In this document: in pieces, positions 60,884 to 64,000 of the stretch
Numbering within the stretch: the first letter of the stretch is position 1
How the letters are laid out: each line of letters begins with the position of its first letter
DNA from: Oculina patagonica
Lineage: Eukaryota
Reading direction: 5' to 3'
Length of the DNA: 64,000 bases
Assembly: GCF_052425735.1 (NCBI RefSeq)
Contig: NC_135763.1
Span: 29,202,001-29,266,000, forward strand
Position numbers and translations under genes: made by a program
The notes under the pieces: generated by a model
Told to the model about the DNA's origin: nothing
What the model saw: the letters and a program-made list of their open reading frames with translations, nothing else
Database searches by the model: none

Positions 60884-63800
60884 ATGCTTACCGTCGCTCT
60901 GTTGGTGGTGTTCCTCTTTAAGGAAGCCGTTTCCGAAGATGACCAAACTATGGCCTTGGTATGTCTGCATTATTTTATTTAATTCCATTGCAGAAATGTT
61001 TCAGTACATTTGTACATGAAATTTGCAGAAAATAAAAGCCAAACAAAGAAAAGAGAAAAATAAGGTCCCTTTTACATAGGTTTAACCTTATAACTTCCGT
61101 TTCGAGATGCCTTTTTTATTTTTTGTTTTATTTGTATGTAGTAGCACTTGCAACTTGAATAAAGTATTTAAGTATGTAACACCAAATGGACTAAAATATT
61201 AAAATATAAATTATATTGGGATCTAAATTTGGAACTTATTTAGAAAATTAACACCATGAAATACAGGAATATTTTGATTTTGTTATCGGCTAATTAACGT
61301 AAAAAAAGTAAGGCAGATTAATTTTATCACTTTTTAGTTTTCGAATTACTTACTTAATCTCTAGATATCTTTTTGCGTAGAAAGAGGACCGTGACGAATT
61401 AACACGTTCTTAGGTATAATTGATGTAAAAGTATTGTCGAGAAAAGTTTGCTTGTAAAACGTGGAAATTTGAAACGAATGCACTATTTGAAAAGCCTCTT
61501 GAATAAATAGTAAATGTATTTTTTTTAGTTTGGCTCTCGTAATAAGTCTTAATCTATGTCAGTCGTAACGATCCTGAGTGTATCGGATTACTATTTATCA
61601 ATTGGCGTTTTTCTAGCTGAGGAAATTTGGATATTTTCTTCAAATTAAATTAAATGCCTTTATGTACAAAGGACGCCTTAAAAATTATCGTTAACAGCTC
61701 CTTTAATTTGACTTCCCTGGTACCTGAAAGTTAATATCTTACTGGATTTGTAGAAACGTGGTCGACGAAAATTAACCTGAGTGTTTTTGACCACGTACAT
61801 GGTATTGCGATATGGCTAAAAACATGCCCAGAAAGAAAAAAAAAACTGAACAACAGCGCTAAAAGGTAGATAAGAAAGAGGAGAAGAAAAAAAAATAATA
61901 CTGACATTCACTTTAGTTTTTAAATCATCTTGATCGTTTGCTCTTCCTTAACAACTTAACGTAATAAAAAGGAAGGTTTTGACTTGTTGTTTAATCCGAC
62001 ACCAATTTATACTTACCATAAGAGGTTTAGTGTTTTTAATATGTACGTCATGCGAATTCTCTCTAAGAAATTTCTGGGTCATTACGGGTATATATCATCC
62101 TCTCGAAGTGGCAACCACGATGTTACCACGGCCATCACAAGGTTTCAAGAGTTCTATGGTCTCCCAGTCAGCGGCGAACTGGATGACTCAACTGTCCGCC
62201 TCATGAAAAAGCCTCGATGTGGTGTTGCTGATGCCAGCGGGGACGCGCGTCTGCGAAGATATGTTATCGGCGGCAAATGGAGAAAGACTCATTTGACTTA
62301 TTTTGTCCAACCTGGCCAGGACTTACCCCACGTGAGTACAAACTTAAGTCTGAAATTTTATTTTACATGGATATTTTCTACAAGGTAATTGAAAACAAAC
62401 AAGTTTGGAGCGTTTCTGCTCATGGGAGCAAGAATAAGCATTTAATGACCAAGAGAAACAGCAAGTTTTGTTTCCCCGAGACCCTCAATGTTAAGGCTCT
62501 CGGTAAAACAAAACTCATTCTTTCCCCTGGTGTAAGTCATAAAGTGTTTCGATATACTTTCAACTTAAAAAAAGGCTTTGTTGTCTTGTTTATTCACCAA
62601 TGATTTTTCTTTCAGCTGAAAACGACATGGGGGATTTTTCCATTGAAATTGTTAACGCTTCACTATAATGTGAGCTTTCGAATTTGCATTGAAAAATTTT
62701 CTTCCTTAAGTCAAATAAATATGTTTGCGTTTTTAGGTAAACTATATACCACTGTAGCCCGCTACCAGCGGGTCTTAATGGGGTGGTGGCTTTTACGGTT
62801 AACGGTCAAAATTTTGGCTTCTTTACGGCCAAAGGTTAATTTATTTCCATAACGGTTAACAGAAGTTAAAAATTAATTTCTTTTGTTTTAAAAGTTAAAA
62901 TTAATTTTCATTACTGAAAAACTTATTTTAGGTCTCAGGACCATTCTTGGGTGATGAAGTGACCTGATCTGTTTTATTTAAAATTACTGACCGCCAATTT
63001 TTTACGGTGAACATAAGTTATTTTACGTCTAACTGTTAAACTTTTCCAATTTTTACGCCTAACGGCTAAATTTTTGGCCATTTCACGGCTAACTGTTAAC
63101 CCCATTGAGACCCTCCTACCAGTCGGAAGTCCTGATATGTGGGCGGAGTTTGTTGCTTGTTGTTTCGCATTGCCAGAGGTATATTTGCTCAGGCGCTGCA
63201 GTACTGGGCAGACGTCTCTGGACTGACATTCCAAGAAATTAGCAGCGCCCGCAGCGCCGACTTAAAGATAAGGTAAGTGCATCGAATTATTGCTATATAT
63301 AAAACGGATTAAAACAAAACAGAAAAAACCCAAAATGTTTCATTTTTGGATTTCATGGCATGCATACCTACAAGCTTACGAGAGCTGCTACACTACTGCG
63401 CATGGTCTCACATGAATGGCTCGGTTCCCTTCGAGAAAACAGTAGAACAAACAACATAAACAATACCCCTAGCCGCAAACACAATGGCAGTTGCATTGCT
63501 ACACCAACGGAGCACTAGAATTACAAGCTTACGAGAGCTGCTACACTACTGATAGGGTGACAAAATCTCTGCTAAGTAAGCTCGCTTATGGTATACAGAA
63601 CTTCTGGACAACATTCCAGTTTGCACTGGACGTGAAGTTTAAAGTTATTGTCTGCGAGCTTTAACCATAATTCTCATCGTTGTTGCATTAGTTTTGGAAG
63701 TTTCAGTCATTATGGTACTATTGTGGAGAGAACTTGCCCTTATCCATTCAACGGACCTGGAGGTGTCCTGGCGCATGCGTATTACCCTCCGGATGGAAGA

Positions 63801-64000
63801 GCTCATTTTGACGAGGACGAAACCTTTACCCATGGAACTTCAAGCGGTACCAATCTCTTGTGGGTGGCAACGCACGAGTTTGGACATTCTTTAGGCCTGG
63901 CCCATTCAAACGTCCGCGACGCAGCCATGTACCCTTACTACACAGGCTATGTTCCAAACATGAAGCTTCATTCTGATGATATCGCTGGGATCCAATCCCT
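60884..64000 (+). CDS. MMP-i: paralog of MMP-h, truncated by the window end; exon 3 acceptor appears damaged
   Basis: Exons 60884-60958, 62068-62331 (PRCGVAD, RLRR), about 63181-63272 ([17 protein letters not shown]...) and 63692 to beyond 64000 ([17 protein letters not shown]). Confidence 0.8.
62768..63115. mobile_element. Short non-autonomous element with a 6-bp TSD
   Basis: TIR GCGGGTCTTAATGGGG / CCCCATTGAGACCCTC. CTACCA at 62762-62767 and 63116-63121. Confidence 0.75.

Noticed and set aside
1419-64000. Assigning vertebrate gene symbols (MMP7, MMP19, MMP23 and others)
   Set aside because: Architectural similarity does not establish orthology; a phylogeny is needed.

Overview
AT-rich, intron-containing animal genomic DNA. 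The repeat families and the ShKT domain suggest an anthozoan/coral (inference). The window holds a tandem cluster of nine secreted matrixin-type (M10A, MMP-like) zinc metalloprotease genes. Seven are 'minimal' paralogs on the minus strand (MMP-a to MMP-g), each with signal peptide, cysteine-switch prodomain, furin site and catalytic domain but no hemopexin domain. They sit head-to-head with two plus-strand paralogs: MMP-h has a Gly/Pro linker plus a C-terminal ShKT domain, and MMP-i runs off the window end. Five copies look intact (a, b, d, e, g) plus h. MMP-c is frameshifted inside the zinc motif. MMP-f is a multiply disabled pseudogene. MMP-i has a damaged internal splice acceptor. Introns and intergenic DNA are dense with mobile DNA: a 6.8-kb foldback element inside the last intron of MMP-e, a 2.8-kb element with a 6-bp TSD splitting the MMP-f catalytic exon, a palindromic element with two hammerhead-ribozyme cores, Penelope and LINE remnants, tRNA-derived SINEs and many MITEs. 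There are two assembly gaps. Exon boundaries were derived by hand from GT-AG signals and paralog comparison, with no transcript evidence.
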